Shown: positions 1-12,282, counted from the stretch's first letter. The stretch: DNA of 32,000 bases from Fodinibius halophilus (GCF_011059105.1 NZ_JAALLS010000015.1:53933-85932), one strand, 5' to 3'. Notes: generated by a model not told the origin, from the sequence alone. Program-made: numbers and translations.

Positions 1-1769
1 ATTTTATTCAGGCCAATGTGTATGGTGAGTATGATATCCTGAAAAACCTGACATATGAACTTCGTTTTGGAGCGAATATTGATAACGGATACCTAAACTA
101 CTTTGCTCCCACCTATTATACCAGTTCGATATATAAACGAGAGGTTTCATATTTGTCGCAACAGCGCAGCCGGAATACTGAAACTTCTATATATACATTG
201 CTTCGCTATACCAACAGCTTCAAAGATCATGATATTGAAGCGATGGCGGGCTATTCGCAGGAACGATCGATCTATAAGTCTTCAAATGCTTCTATTGATG
301 ATCTGCCGTCGAATGAAATTCGGGCTCTAAGTGCCGGCAGTGGAAGTGCTTCGGTATCAGGATCTATTTTTGAAAGTACCATGCGCTCGCAATTTGGTCG
401 TTTGACCTACTCCTATGACAGCCGCTACCTCTTTACCGGCAACATTCGTCGTGACGGATCGTCTCGATTTGCTGAAAGTAACCGGTATGGAATTTTCCCC
501 TCAGCTTCTGTTGGCTGGAGAATAAGTGAAGAATCGTTCTTTAATTTTGATAACATCACAAACTTTAAATTACGTGCCAGCTTGGGTAAGCTTGGAAACC
601 AGGAAATTGGTAACTACCAGTTTATTCCTACTATTTCTGCCGGCAGCAACTATATCAACTATGTGTTGGGCGAAGAGCAGAATATTTATAACGGGGCCAT
701 CATAACCAATTTTGCAGCTACGGATATCAAATGGGAAACAACGACCTCCCGAAATATCGGTGTAGATCTCTCTCTGTATGATGATAAAATTCAGTTTACT
801 GCTGACTACTACAACAATGTTACAAGCGATATGTTGGTCAATATTCCAATTCCAGCCACTTCCGGTTCTTCTGCGGGTCCGTTAACCAATGGCGGTGAGA
901 TGGAAACTGAGGGAGTCGAATTTTCTGCCCGATACAGTGAAGGCAACGGTCCTTTCACTTATAACGTCCGTGCAAACATTTCTACTTCGCGTAATACGGT
1001 AACTAAACTTGGTTTTAAAGACGAGGCTTTTACCGGTGGATATATTGAGTATGGCACCCACCCTACTACGCGAACGGTGGTAGGCGGAGAAATAGCACGG
1101 TTCTACCTGTACGAAACAGACGGGCTTTTCCAAAATGCCCAGGAAGTACAGGCACACAGCAGTTCCAGTGGCTTATTACAGCCCAATGCAGCGCCCGGGG
1201 ATGTCCGTTTCAAAGATACCAACGGCGACGGTGTCCTTAACGAAGATGACAAAGTGTATATGGGCAGTGCCGCTCCGGATTTCGAATACGGCCTTACCTT
1301 TAACGCCAACTACCAAAACTTTGACCTGAGTGTATTTGTGCAAGGTACCTACGGCAACAAGATGTACAACGGTACCAAATTCTTAACCCATCGTACCGAT
1401 AGAAATACAAACTATTCTACCGAGCTGCTGGATGCCTGGACGCCCCAAAATACCGATACCGACGTACCGCGAAATATTTCGGGAGATCCCAACGGCAATG
1501 CCCGTCCCTCGGATCGATTCCTGGAAGATGCCTCATATCTTCGTATCAAGAACCTGCAACTGGGATACACTTTGCCCGACAAGCTTTTAGGCAATTCCGG
1601 GGTTAGCAAATTCCGGGTGTACGTAAGCTTCGAAAACCTGGCAACCCTTACCAGTTATAGCGGATTTGATCCCAGCCTAAATAACTTCTCGTTATTTAGA
1701 AGAGGCGTTGACAGTGGGCTCTACCCACTGGCCAGAACATCCATGATTGGCATCCAAACACAGTTTTAA
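1..1769 (+). CDS. SusC/RagA-family TonB-dependent outer-membrane receptor, C-terminal part (5' end lies outside the window)
   Basis: The reading frame starting at base 3 is open from the window edge (FIQANVYGEY...), so the GTG listed at 18 is not the true start. The sequence is long and beta-barrel-like (rich in Y/G/N/S/T) and ends in the terminal aromatic ...MIGIQTQF typical of OM barrels. A SusD-like lipoprotein gene follows 19 nt downstream. Confidence 0.85.
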   Translation, partial: FIQANVYGEYDILKNLTYELRFGANIDNGYLNYFAPTYYTSSIYKREVSYLSQQRSRNTETSIYTLLRYTNSFKDHDIEAMAGYSQERSIYKSSNASIDDLPSNEIRALSAGSGSASVSGSIFESTMRSQFGRLTYSYDSRYLFTGNIRRDGSSRFAESNRYGIFPSASVGWRISEESFFNFDNITNFKLRASLGKLGNQEIGNYQFIPTISAGSNYINYVLGEEQNIYNGAIITNFAATDIKWETTTSRNIGVDLSLYDDKIQFTADYYNNVTSDMLVNIPIPATSGSSAGPLTNGGEMETEGVEFSARYSEGNGPFTYNVRANISTSRNTVTKLGFKDEAFTGGYIEYGTHPTTRTVVGGEIARFYLYETDGLFQNAQEVQAHSSSSGLLQPNAAPGDVRFKDTNGDGVLNEDDKVYMGSAAPDFEYGLTFNANYQNFDLSVFVQGTYGNKMYNGTKFLTHRTDRNTNYSTELLDAWTPQNTDTDVPRNISGDPNGNARPSDRFLEDASYLRIKNLQLGYTLPDKLLGNSGVSKFRVYVSFENLATLTSYSGFDPSLNNFSLFRRGVDSGLYPLARTSMIGIQTQF

Positions 1770-1788
1770 TTAACAACAGACGAATATT

Positions 1789-3303
1789 ATGAAACTTACC
1801 AACTATTTACTGTTACTAACGTTTAGTCTGCTCCTTTTAGCAGGCTGTGATGACGGCTTCTTGGTACAAACCAATGGTAATGAGCTTAACAAGGAGCTAT
1901 TTTGGAAGGATAAAACCGACGCTAAAAAAGGTATTATCGCAACCTACAGTCAGCTCCAAGCCGATGGGCGCTGGGGCTGGTTCGAAAACCATTATATTGC
2001 TCAAAACTATCGCTCAGATCTAATCCGGGCTACTCGTAAAGATCTGCCCTTTGCACAAAAGATTGCAGGCTTTACGTTTACCTCTGATAACAAAGCATTT
2101 AGTGATCTCTGGGAAGATTACTACAACGGTATATTCTATGCCAACCAGGTTATAGAGAATGTGCCGCAGATCCCGGAGCTTTCGAATAGTGATAAAGAGC
2201 AATTTGTGGCAGAAGCGAAATTCCTGAGAGGGTACTACTATTTGAACCTGGTTACACTGTTTAAAAATATCCCGCTGGTTACTTCAGTCCCTCAAAACAG
2301 TGACGATTATTACGCTGAGCAGGCCAGCCCGGAAAAAGTGTGGGACCAGATCATAGCAGACTTCAAAGTAGCAAAAAATACCCTTCCCGCTTCCTACTCT
2401 GTAGAAGATAAAGGACGTGCCACCAAATGGGCCGCCCAGGGGTATCTGGGTAAAGCCTATATGTTCCTTCACGATTTTGACAAGGCTGATGATGAGTTCA
2501 AAAACATTATCGACAACGGCGGCTTCTCTCTCCTGTCAAACTTTACCGACAATTTTAATGGAAGTGGAGAAAACGGTGCGGAATCCCTTTTTGAAATCCA
2601 GCACTCTTCAAAACGCCCTAACGGATTTACCGAATCTACGCCACTGTATAACGAGCAGGCCCCCGGTATTATGGGGGGATGGGAAGAGTTCTTCCCCGCC
2701 GACTGGCTTTTTAATCGTATGATGGAAGATACTACTGCTTCCGGTGAGCTCAGCGACCGTGTAATGGGAACCGTATTTTTTGATCATCCCAACTCTACGG
2801 CAGATGGTATCGCCTATGCGGATATTAAAAGCGATCTGGGCAGCGAAAAGCGTTTCTATAAGAAATATCTCTACAGTAATGATATTTCGGATGGCAACAC
2901 TACCCGCAGTGGTATGAATGTGCATCTCATGCGCTATGCCGACATTCTGCTGCTATACGCGGAAGCCCTCAATGAACTGGGACAAACGGGACAAGCGATT
3001 CCCTACGTCAACCAGGTTCGTCAACGATCTGGCAGTGCTGATCTTTCCAGCAGTATGAGCCAGTCGCAGCTACGCAATCACCTGCGTCATGTTGAACGTC
3101 CCGTTGAATTTGCTATGGAGTTCGGCATCCGTTGGTTTGACCTTGCTCGCTGGAAGAAAGGCAACCTCAGCATCAAAAGTATACTAACAAACCACGGTAA
3201 ACCTGATGCTGCTAACTTTGAGGAAGGGAAGCATGAACTTTACCCCATTCCCCTTTCAGAGATCAATAAGAATGCAAAACTGGAACAAAACTCCGGTTAC
3301 TAA
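1789..3303 (+). CDS. RagB/SusD-family nutrient-binding outer-membrane lipoprotein
   Basis: Signal peptide with lipobox (LLLAGC). SusD-like motifs FLRGYYYLNLVTLFKNIPLV and ERPVEFAMEFGIRWFDLARW. Positioned directly after the SusC-like gene. Confidence 0.9.
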   Translation: MKLTNYLLLLTFSLLLLAGCDDGFLVQTNGNELNKELFWKDKTDAKKGIIATYSQLQADGRWGWFENHYIAQNYRSDLIRATRKDLPFAQKIAGFTFTSDNKAFSDLWEDYYNGIFYANQVIENVPQIPELSNSDKEQFVAEAKFLRGYYYLNLVTLFKNIPLVTSVPQNSDDYYAEQASPEKVWDQIIADFKVAKNTLPASYSVEDKGRATKWAAQGYLGKAYMFLHDFDKADDEFKNIIDNGGFSLLSNFTDNFNGSGENGAESLFEIQHSSKRPNGFTESTPLYNEQAPGIMGGWEEFFPADWLFNRMMEDTTASGELSDRVMGTVFFDHPNSTADGIAYADIKSDLGSEKRFYKKYLYSNDISDGNTTRSGMNVHLMRYADILLLYAEALNELGQTGQAIPYVNQVRQRSGSADLSSSMSQSQLRNHLRHVERPVEFAMEFGIRWFDLARWKKGNLSIKSILTNHGKPDAANFEEGKHELYPIPLSEINKNAKLEQNSGY

Positions 3304-3318
3304 CCCCTTCAATTAATT

Positions 3319-3352
3319 AAAAAGCCCGGGCTTAAAACCGCTTGGGCTTTTT
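3319..3352 (+). terminator. Possible intrinsic terminator after the SusD-like gene
   Basis: Inverted repeat aaaagccc ... gggctttt ending in a T-run, 16 nt after the stop codon. The loop is long (about 16 nt), so the call is weak. Confidence 0.35.
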
Positions 3353-3436
3353 GATTAGTAGAAGCAAAACGTTCGCAAAATTGTGTACCTTCAACCCAGT
3401 AATTACGATAGTTGACGGAAGATTTTCTATAATTAA

Positions 3437-7572
<4,136 letters not shown>

Positions 7573-7581
7573 CCGTTATTT

Positions 7582-8814
7582 ATGCAACTGAAGAACGCTA
7601 CCTATCATATTCAAGATATTAGCATGGAAGCGCTTGCCGAAAAGTACGGCACGCCGCTATTTGTGTATAATGCATTCACTATAGACCGACAGATTAATCG
7701 ATTGCAGAATGCGTTTGACGGTTTTCCCCATCGTATTAACTATGCTGCTAAATCACTGACGAATATTGCGGTGCTGAAGCTGATGTGCAGTTATGGGCTG
7801 GGATTGGATGTTGTTTCGGTGAATGAGCTACAGATGGGACTGGACGCAGGTTTTGATGCCGATGATATTCTTTTCACCTCTAACAGCGTCTCTTTTGAGG
7901 AGATAAAAGAGGCCATTGCCCGCGGTGTTAAGGTCAATATTGATAGCCTTTCCCTGTTAGAAACCTTTGGCAAGGAGTATGGAGGCAGTCAGCCCTGTAG
8001 TATTCGGCTGAAGCTGGATCCCCTGGTGGGCGAGCACGAAGCCTCAACCGAATGGCACAACAAATCGAAATTCGGTATCCATTATTCGCGTCTGGATGAT
8101 ATTAAGGCCCTGATCGACACCTACAATCTCGATATTGTGGGTCTGCATGTTCATAACAGCTCCTCCTTTTTGGATATCCCCGTGTATGTGAAGGCGGCCA
8201 AACGGATGTTTGATATCGCTCGGTCGTTTGAAGGCTTGGATTTTATCGATTTTGGTGGCGGCATTACTGTTCCTTTTCACCCGGAGGATGAAACCATCGA
8301 TGTAAATAAACTGGGAAAGGCATTAACTACCGAGGTACACTCTTTTTATGATGATTACGGGAGCAGGCCGGAAATATGGTTTGAGCCGGGGCGGTTTTTA
8401 GTTAGTGAATGTGGATACCTGCTTTGTTCGGTTACCGTTTTAAAAGGAGATCGCGACCTCCCTTATGCCGGTACAGATACCGGTTTTAATCACCTGTTGC
8501 GTCCCAAGTTGTATGGCGCCTATCACGATATTTGTAATATTTCCAATCCCGAAGGAGAACTACAGAATTATCACATTACCGGGAATATGTGTGAGACCGA
8601 TTTCCTGGGCAGAGATCGGCCGGTTGCTCGTATTCGGGAAGGCGATATTCTCTGTATCAAAAATGCCGGTGCATACGGGGCCTGTATGGCCTCAAACTAC
8701 AACTCGCGCCTACGGCCTGCCGAAGTGATGATTCGGGAAGGCAAAGTACAGCTGATAAGGGAACGAGAAACGTACGAAGATCTGGTGCGAAATCAGCTTG
8801 ATGTCAGCTGGTAA
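7582..8814 (+). CDS. lysA: Diaminopimelate decarboxylase (PLP-dependent, Orn/DAP/Arg decarboxylase family)
   Basis: 410 aa. PLP-lysine context INYAAKSL, glycine loop DFGGGI, EPGRFLV and GNMCETDF motifs, with the expected length and fold order. Confidence 0.75.
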   Translation: MQLKNATYHIQDISMEALAEKYGTPLFVYNAFTIDRQINRLQNAFDGFPHRINYAAKSLTNIAVLKLMCSYGLGLDVVSVNELQMGLDAGFDADDILFTSNSVSFEEIKEAIARGVKVNIDSLSLLETFGKEYGGSQPCSIRLKLDPLVGEHEASTEWHNKSKFGIHYSRLDDIKALIDTYNLDIVGLHVHNSSSFLDIPVYVKAAKRMFDIARSFEGLDFIDFGGGITVPFHPEDETIDVNKLGKALTTEVHSFYDDYGSRPEIWFEPGRFLVSECGYLLCSVTVLKGDRDLPYAGTDTGFNHLLRPKLYGAYHDICNISNPEGELQNYHITGNMCETDFLGRDRPVARIREGDILCIKNAGAYGACMASNYNSRLRPAEVMIREGKVQLIRERETYEDLVRNQLDVSW

Positions 8815-8895
8815 TACATTTTAAAAATGATATCTCCCTGTACCGTATTCGTGCTACAAAATGGTTAAAATGAATAAAGAACGTATCAAAAGCTC

Positions 8896-10917
8896 ATGAA
8901 TAATACTTTTAGGTTAATGCTTTTATCCCTTGCGCTGCTTCTGTTTACAATAATATCATGCAGTTCTGTTGAGGTCAATAAAGAAGCTAAGGAGATTACT
9001 GATTTCCCTGATGCTCTTGAGATGGAGGGCGTCCCTGACAGCACCACCGATGGAGGCATATCCGTATTTACTGATCAGGGTTCCTGGTTTGGTTTTGCTT
9101 TTAGTGCGGGTAGATCTCCACAAGGTAAGGTCGGTTTTTCGGGACCCTACCGGATATCTGACAGCTGGCGTACTGCCAGTCGGTGGCAGGGAAAAACGTT
9201 CGCAAAGCTACTGCTCAAAAAGGAGGGGCAAGATAGCTACCGGGAACCTATTGAGGTCAGTTCTCATTCTTATCCCGGGCGGTTGCAACAGCAGGTCAAA
9301 TATGCTGATATAACAGCAACGATGACCCTCATTTTCAGCTCTGAGAAAACAGTGCTGGTACGTACTGAACTCAAGAACAGGAGTTCAGCCTCCCAAAAGA
9401 TTATTCCCCAATGGAGACATACCTCTTTTTCGAACTTTCTCGGCATAGAGGCCGATCAGGGTATCCTAAAGGTTGAAACCGGTACGGATGAACCATCATA
9501 CTATATTTCCGGTGATTTCCCCTTTTCGGTTCATCGAGAGGAAGCAGCCTATGATGTAGCAGCAGTTAATCCGGTTGAGTTAGCACCAAACGCTTCTGCT
9601 ACAACATATCTCTCTTACTCATACTCCAAAGAAGAAGCATCCGCCCCTATTGCAGATGCCGGTGATCACTTCTCTGAAAACAGGAGCCGCTGGAATAAAC
9701 AGATCAATGATATGTTAGGAGCACCTACCCCCTGGAACAAAGACCGTAGCCTGCAGCGCTTGTCAATAAAAAGCATAATGACTCTCATTAATAACTGGCG
9801 AAGTCCCCGCGGAGATCTGCGTTATAACGGGCTTTTCCCCTCCTATGCCTACCAGGGCTTCCACGGCATTTGGTCTTGGGATTCATGGAAGCATGCCTCT
9901 GCCCTGGCCCTTTTTGATTCCGAACTGGCTAAGGACCAGATGCGGGTGATGTTTGATTATCAGAATGAGTCAGGCATGGTTCCCGATGTTATTTATGCGG
10001 ACAGTACGGAAAACAACTGGCGCGATACCAAGCCTCCCCTTGCCGCCTGGGCCGTATGGAATATCTACGAGCAATCGGGCGACAGTACCTTCTTGAGTGA
10101 GATATATCCCAAGCTAAAGCGTTATCATCGCTGGTGGTATGCCAATCGGGACCACGATGGCAATGGATTGTGTGAATATGGTTCTACCGACGGTACGCGG
10201 ATAGCGGCCGCCTGGGAGAGCGGTATGGATAATGCCGTGCGTTTTGATGATGCGGTAATGGTTAAAAACAGCGAAAATGCGTGGTCACTGAACCAGGAAT
10301 CGGTTGACCTGAATGCGTACCTCTATGCTGACAAGATATATTTGTCCAAAATGGCAGATAAGCTTGGGCTATCCAGGGAATCAGCAAAATTATACGAAGA
10401 AGCTCAAGGGCTGAAAGAACGGATTAATGAACAGATGTACGATTCTAAATCCGGTTATTATTATGATAAAGAGCTGGAGTCTGAGGCTCTTATCAGGGTC
10501 AAAGGTCCCGAAGGCTGGATTCCGCTCTGGGCAGGCATAGCAGATGAGCAGCAAGCAGTATCGGTCCGGGATATCATGATGGATGAAGATCATTTTCGTT
10601 CTACTGTTCCCTTGCCTACCCTGCAGGTTTCTCACCCCAAGTTTAACCCCCGAAACGGTTATTGGCGCGGTCCTGTATGGCTGGACCAGTTCTATTTTGG
10701 GATTAAGGCGCTTACGAACTATGGATTTGATAAAGAGGCCTCGATTTTGGTTGACCAGTTACTGAAAAATGCAAAAGGTTTGGCCGGGAGCCCGCAGCCT
10801 ATTCGTGAGAATTATCATCCCATTACCGGAGAAGGGCTAAATGCCCGGCATTTTAGCTGGTCAGCAGCCCATATTTTGATGATGAGCCAGATGGAGTCTC
10901 TGGAGTTAGAGCATTGA
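8896..10917 (+). CDS. Secreted lipoprotein glycoside hydrolase with (alpha/alpha)6-barrel catalytic domain, GH63/YgjK-like (trehalase/glucosidase-like clan)
   Basis: Lipobox (TIISC). C-terminal half carries IWSWDSWKHA, GMVPDV, PPLAAWAVWNIY, DGNGLCEYG, ESGMDNAVRFD, GYWRGPVWLDQFYF and ENYHPITGEGLNARHFSWSAAH, which are typical of GH63/GH37-like barrels. Confidence 0.7.
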   Translation: MNNTFRLMLLSLALLLFTIISCSSVEVNKEAKEITDFPDALEMEGVPDSTTDGGISVFTDQGSWFGFAFSAGRSPQGKVGFSGPYRISDSWRTASRWQGKTFAKLLLKKEGQDSYREPIEVSSHSYPGRLQQQVKYADITATMTLIFSSEKTVLVRTELKNRSSASQKIIPQWRHTSFSNFLGIEADQGILKVETGTDEPSYYISGDFPFSVHREEAAYDVAAVNPVELAPNASATTYLSYSYSKEEASAPIADAGDHFSENRSRWNKQINDMLGAPTPWNKDRSLQRLSIKSIMTLINNWRSPRGDLRYNGLFPSYAYQGFHGIWSWDSWKHASALALFDSELAKDQMRVMFDYQNESGMVPDVIYADSTENNWRDTKPPLAAWAVWNIYEQSGDSTFLSEIYPKLKRYHRWWYANRDHDGNGLCEYGSTDGTRIAAAWESGMDNAVRFDDAVMVKNSENAWSLNQESVDLNAYLYADKIYLSKMADKLGLSRESAKLYEEAQGLKERINEQMYDSKSGYYYDKELESEALIRVKGPEGWIPLWAGIADEQQAVSVRDIMMDEDHFRSTVPLPTLQVSHPKFNPRNGYWRGPVWLDQFYFGIKALTNYGFDKEASILVDQLLKNAKGLAGSPQPIRENYHPITGEGLNARHFSWSAAHILMMSQMESLELEH

Positions 10918-10969
10918 TCTTTTATTGGTTTGGGTTGTGACCCCATCTTGTTTTTTCTGACCCCTTCTT

Positions 10970-11004
10970 GTTCTTCCCCTGCACGCAGGGGAAGAGACTT
11001 TTTT
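10970..11004 (+). terminator. Hairpin A1 + T6 (intrinsic-terminator-like; probably terminates the glycosidase transcript)
   Basis: gt-tcttcccct / loop gcacgc / aggggaaga-g-ac. That is a 9-bp stem plus 2 bp beyond a 1-nt bulge, followed immediately by tttttt (10999-11004). It sits 53 nt after the stop at 10917. Confidence 0.55.
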
Positions 11005-11085
11005 ATTACGCGATTAGCTAAAAATTAATCCGAAATTCTCTGAAAGGTTATATGCATTACAACCCAGCACATATTGTGGGTAAGT

Positions 11086-11117
11086 GTCCCTCTCCCTACT
11101 GTTCGCAGGGAGAGGAC
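11086..11117 (+). other. Hairpin B1 (pyrimidine arm cctctccct, loop actgttcgc, purine arm agggagagg)
   Basis: Perfect 9-bp stem (11089-11097 / 11107-11115) plus gt/ac beyond a 1-nt C bulge. The purine arm ends 6 nt before GTG 11122. Confidence 0.8.
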
Positions 11118-11121
11118 AGGG

Positions 11122-11232
11122 GTGGGTCAGTACAGCCCATTATTTGTATTTTACCAATTCTATAAAGCTAATTTCATCCCAGGGTTTATTTGTAGGATTA
11201 CCATTTGGTGGCCGTTTCTTGGTTCAGTCTGA
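11122..11232 (+). CDS. Candidate small ORF (36 codons, GTG start): MGQYSPLFVFYQFYKANFIPGFICRITIWWPFLGSV; hypothetical hydrophobic/aromatic peptide
   Basis: My own translation; it is below the 60-aa cutoff of the ORF track. The stop TGA is the first 3 nt of the next repeat unit and leads into hairpin A2 + T6. It is duplicated at 11393-11503 with 3 synonymous changes and 1 non-synonymous change. There is no ATG and no AT-rich leader, so coding status is unproven. Confidence 0.25.
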   Translation: MGQYSPLFVFYQFYKANFIPGFICRITIWWPFLGSV

Positions 11233-11241
11233 CCCCTTCTT

Positions 11242-11276
11242 GTTCTTCCCCTATATCTAGGGGAAGAGACTTTTTT
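11242..11276 (+). terminator. Hairpin A2 + T6
   Basis: Same stem as A1, loop atatct, T6 at 11271-11276. It starts 10 nt after the TGA of the unit-1 small ORF. Confidence 0.5.
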
Positions 11277-11359
11277 ATATAGTAATAAGCTGGAAGTCGA
11301 CTGGGATTCTCTGAAAGGATATACGAATTACAACCCAACACATATTGTAGATAGGCGTC

Positions 11360-11386
11360 CCTCTCCCTGCGGGAAGTAGGGAGAGG
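11360..11386 (+). other. Hairpin B2 (same stem, loop gcgggaagt)
   Basis: Perfect 9-bp stem, 11360-11368 / 11378-11386. The purine arm ends 6 nt before GTG 11393. Confidence 0.8.
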
Positions 11387-11392
11387 TCAGGA

Positions 11393-11503
11393 GTGGGGCA
11401 GTACAGCCCATTATTTGTATTTTACCAATTCTATAAAGCTAATTTCATCCCAGGGTTTATCTGTAGGATTACCATTTGGTGGCCGTTTCTTGGTTTAGTT
11501 TGA
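11393..11503 (+). CDS. Candidate small ORF, second copy (36 codons): MGQYSPLFVFYQFYKANFIPGFICRITIWWPFLGLV
   Basis: Same frame and length as 11122-11232. Differences are GGT/GGG (Gly), ATT/ATC (Ile), TCA/TTA (Ser/Leu) and GTC/GTT (Val). The stop TGA is followed by hairpin A3 + T6. Confidence 0.25.
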   Translation: MGQYSPLFVFYQFYKANFIPGFICRITIWWPFLGLV

Positions 11504-11550
11504 CCCCACCTTGTTCTTTCCCTATATCTACGGGAAGAGACTTTTTTAAT
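11501..11550 (+). repeat. Structured repeat, unit 3, truncated after the hairpin A module
   Basis: tgaccccaccttgttctttccctatatctacgggaagagacttttttaat. The stem carries two substitutions (one wobble, one mismatch). The next bases, atttggtgggcttttctt (11553-11570), resemble the unit 3' end ccatttggtggccgtttctt. Confidence 0.8.
11513..11547 (+). terminator. Hairpin A3 + T6 (weakened stem)
   Basis: tctttccct / atatct / acgggaaga, with one G-T wobble and one C-C mismatch relative to the other copies. T6 at 11542-11547. Confidence 0.4.
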
Positions 11551-11611
11551 GGATTTGGTGGGCTTTTCTTCTCCATTTTTCCTCTATAAAGGTACTTAAC
11601 AAGTGACCATA

Positions 11612-11989
11612 TCATGCTTTAGAGCCTAGTGCTTTGGATATCTTTTTAAGAACTGTAGGCATGTCTGATAGCTCTTCATTTTTAATGCGCAGTACGTCTA
11701 TTCCCAGCTGATTGATTACGTAATCTCTATTGTTGTCATAAGCTGTGTTATAGGTGTGATACTTTCCATCCAGTTCAACAGCCAGCTTTGCCTTTGCACA
11801 GTAGAAATCTGCTATGAAAAAATACTTTTTTTGATTTCTTTGTCGGTATATTATCGGTTTTTGCCGGAGAAACCGATATCCATTTAGTTATCGTTTTCTC
11901 AGATATGGCCACAACTTTTTTTCCTCGGGTGTGGGATTATTTCTAAGTTCTCTGGCTAACTCTGTAATGGATTTCTTTTTCTCTCTCAT
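11612..11989 (-). pseudogene. DUF559 (Vsr-like PD-(D/E)xK endonuclease-related) gene interrupted by an in-frame TAA at codon 34
   Basis: My own translation: MREKKKSITELARELRNNPTPEEKKLWPYLRKR*LNGYRFLRQKPIIYRQRNQKKYFFIADFYCAKAKLAVELDGKYHTYNTAYDNNRDYVINQLGIDVLRIKNEELSDMPTVLKKISKALGSKA. It matches the DUF559 pattern (LW..LR...L.G.+FRRQ ... DF.C...KL.IELDG..H ... D..RD..L...G..VLR..N.E). The stop at 11888-11890 sits where family members usually have Gln (CAA to TAA). There is no restart codon downstream. Confidence 0.7.
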
Positions 11990-12140
11990 CTTTTCTTCGG
12001 GTACATAATGAATAACCAGTCAAAGTAATATATTTATAAATTTATTTTAAAAATACCATGGTAGCTTTTGTCTACTGGTTGAATTGTGAATTTATCTTGT
12101 ACTGCTTTTTGATGTTTTTGCTGCTTTATGCCCCCATCTT

Positions 12141-12175
12141 GTTCTTCCCCTATACCTAGGGGAAGAGACTTTTTT
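12141..12175 (+). terminator. Hairpin A4 + T6
   Basis: Same stem as A1/A2, loop atacct, T6 at 12170-12175. Confidence 0.45.
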
Positions 12176-12246
12176 ATTACGTAATTAGCTGGAAATTAAA
12201 CTGAGATTCTCTGAAAAGTTAAACCCAGCACGTATTGTAGATAAGC

Positions 12247-12278
12247 GTTCCTCTCCCTGCGAACAGTAGGGAGAGGAC
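12247..12278 (+). other. Hairpin B4 (same stem, loop gcgaacagt = exact reverse complement of the B1 loop)
   Basis: Perfect 9-bp stem, 12250-12258 / 12268-12276, plus gt/ac beyond a 1-nt bulge. The purine arm ends 6 nt before GTG 12283. Confidence 0.8.
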
Positions 12279-12282
12279 AGGA

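Larger units (their letters stand above)
10958..11229 (+). repeat. Structured repeat, unit 1 (272 bp): hairpin A+T6, spacer, conserved boxes, hairpin B, 111-nt conserved tail
   Basis: Aligns head-to-tail with 11230-11500. Preceded by a 15-nt partial duplication of its own 5' end (tgaccccatcttgtt, 10938-10952) and by tttattggtttgggttg, which resembles the unit 3' end. Confidence 0.9.
11230..11500 (+). repeat. Structured repeat, unit 2 (271 bp)
   Basis: Direct tandem copy of unit 1. Stems of both hairpins are identical and the last 111 nt differ at 4 positions. The loops and the spacer after hairpin A are heavily substituted. Confidence 0.9.

Noticed and set aside
11107-11124. Shine-Dalgarno sequestration by hairpin B as firm evidence for translation control
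   Set aside because: The purine arm does resemble an SD at the right spacing from GTG. However, none of the clearly real genes in this window has an SD-like leader (Bacteroidota-like initiation), so the argument carries little weight. It is kept only as a caveat-laden remark in the findings.
11107-11127. G-quadruplex potential of agggagaggacaggggtggg
   Set aside because: Only short, uneven G-tracts are present (G3, G2, G4, G3). The same bases are already engaged in a perfect hairpin stem, and nothing in the sequence favours a G4 over the hairpin.
11052-11165. 37-codon ATG-initiated ORF in repeat unit 1 (MHYNPAHIVGKCPSPYCSQGEDRGGSVQPIICILPIL)
   Set aside because: Not conserved. In unit 2 the ATG is ACG and the frame hits TAG inside the hairpin-B loop. 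In copy 4 the region carries a deletion.
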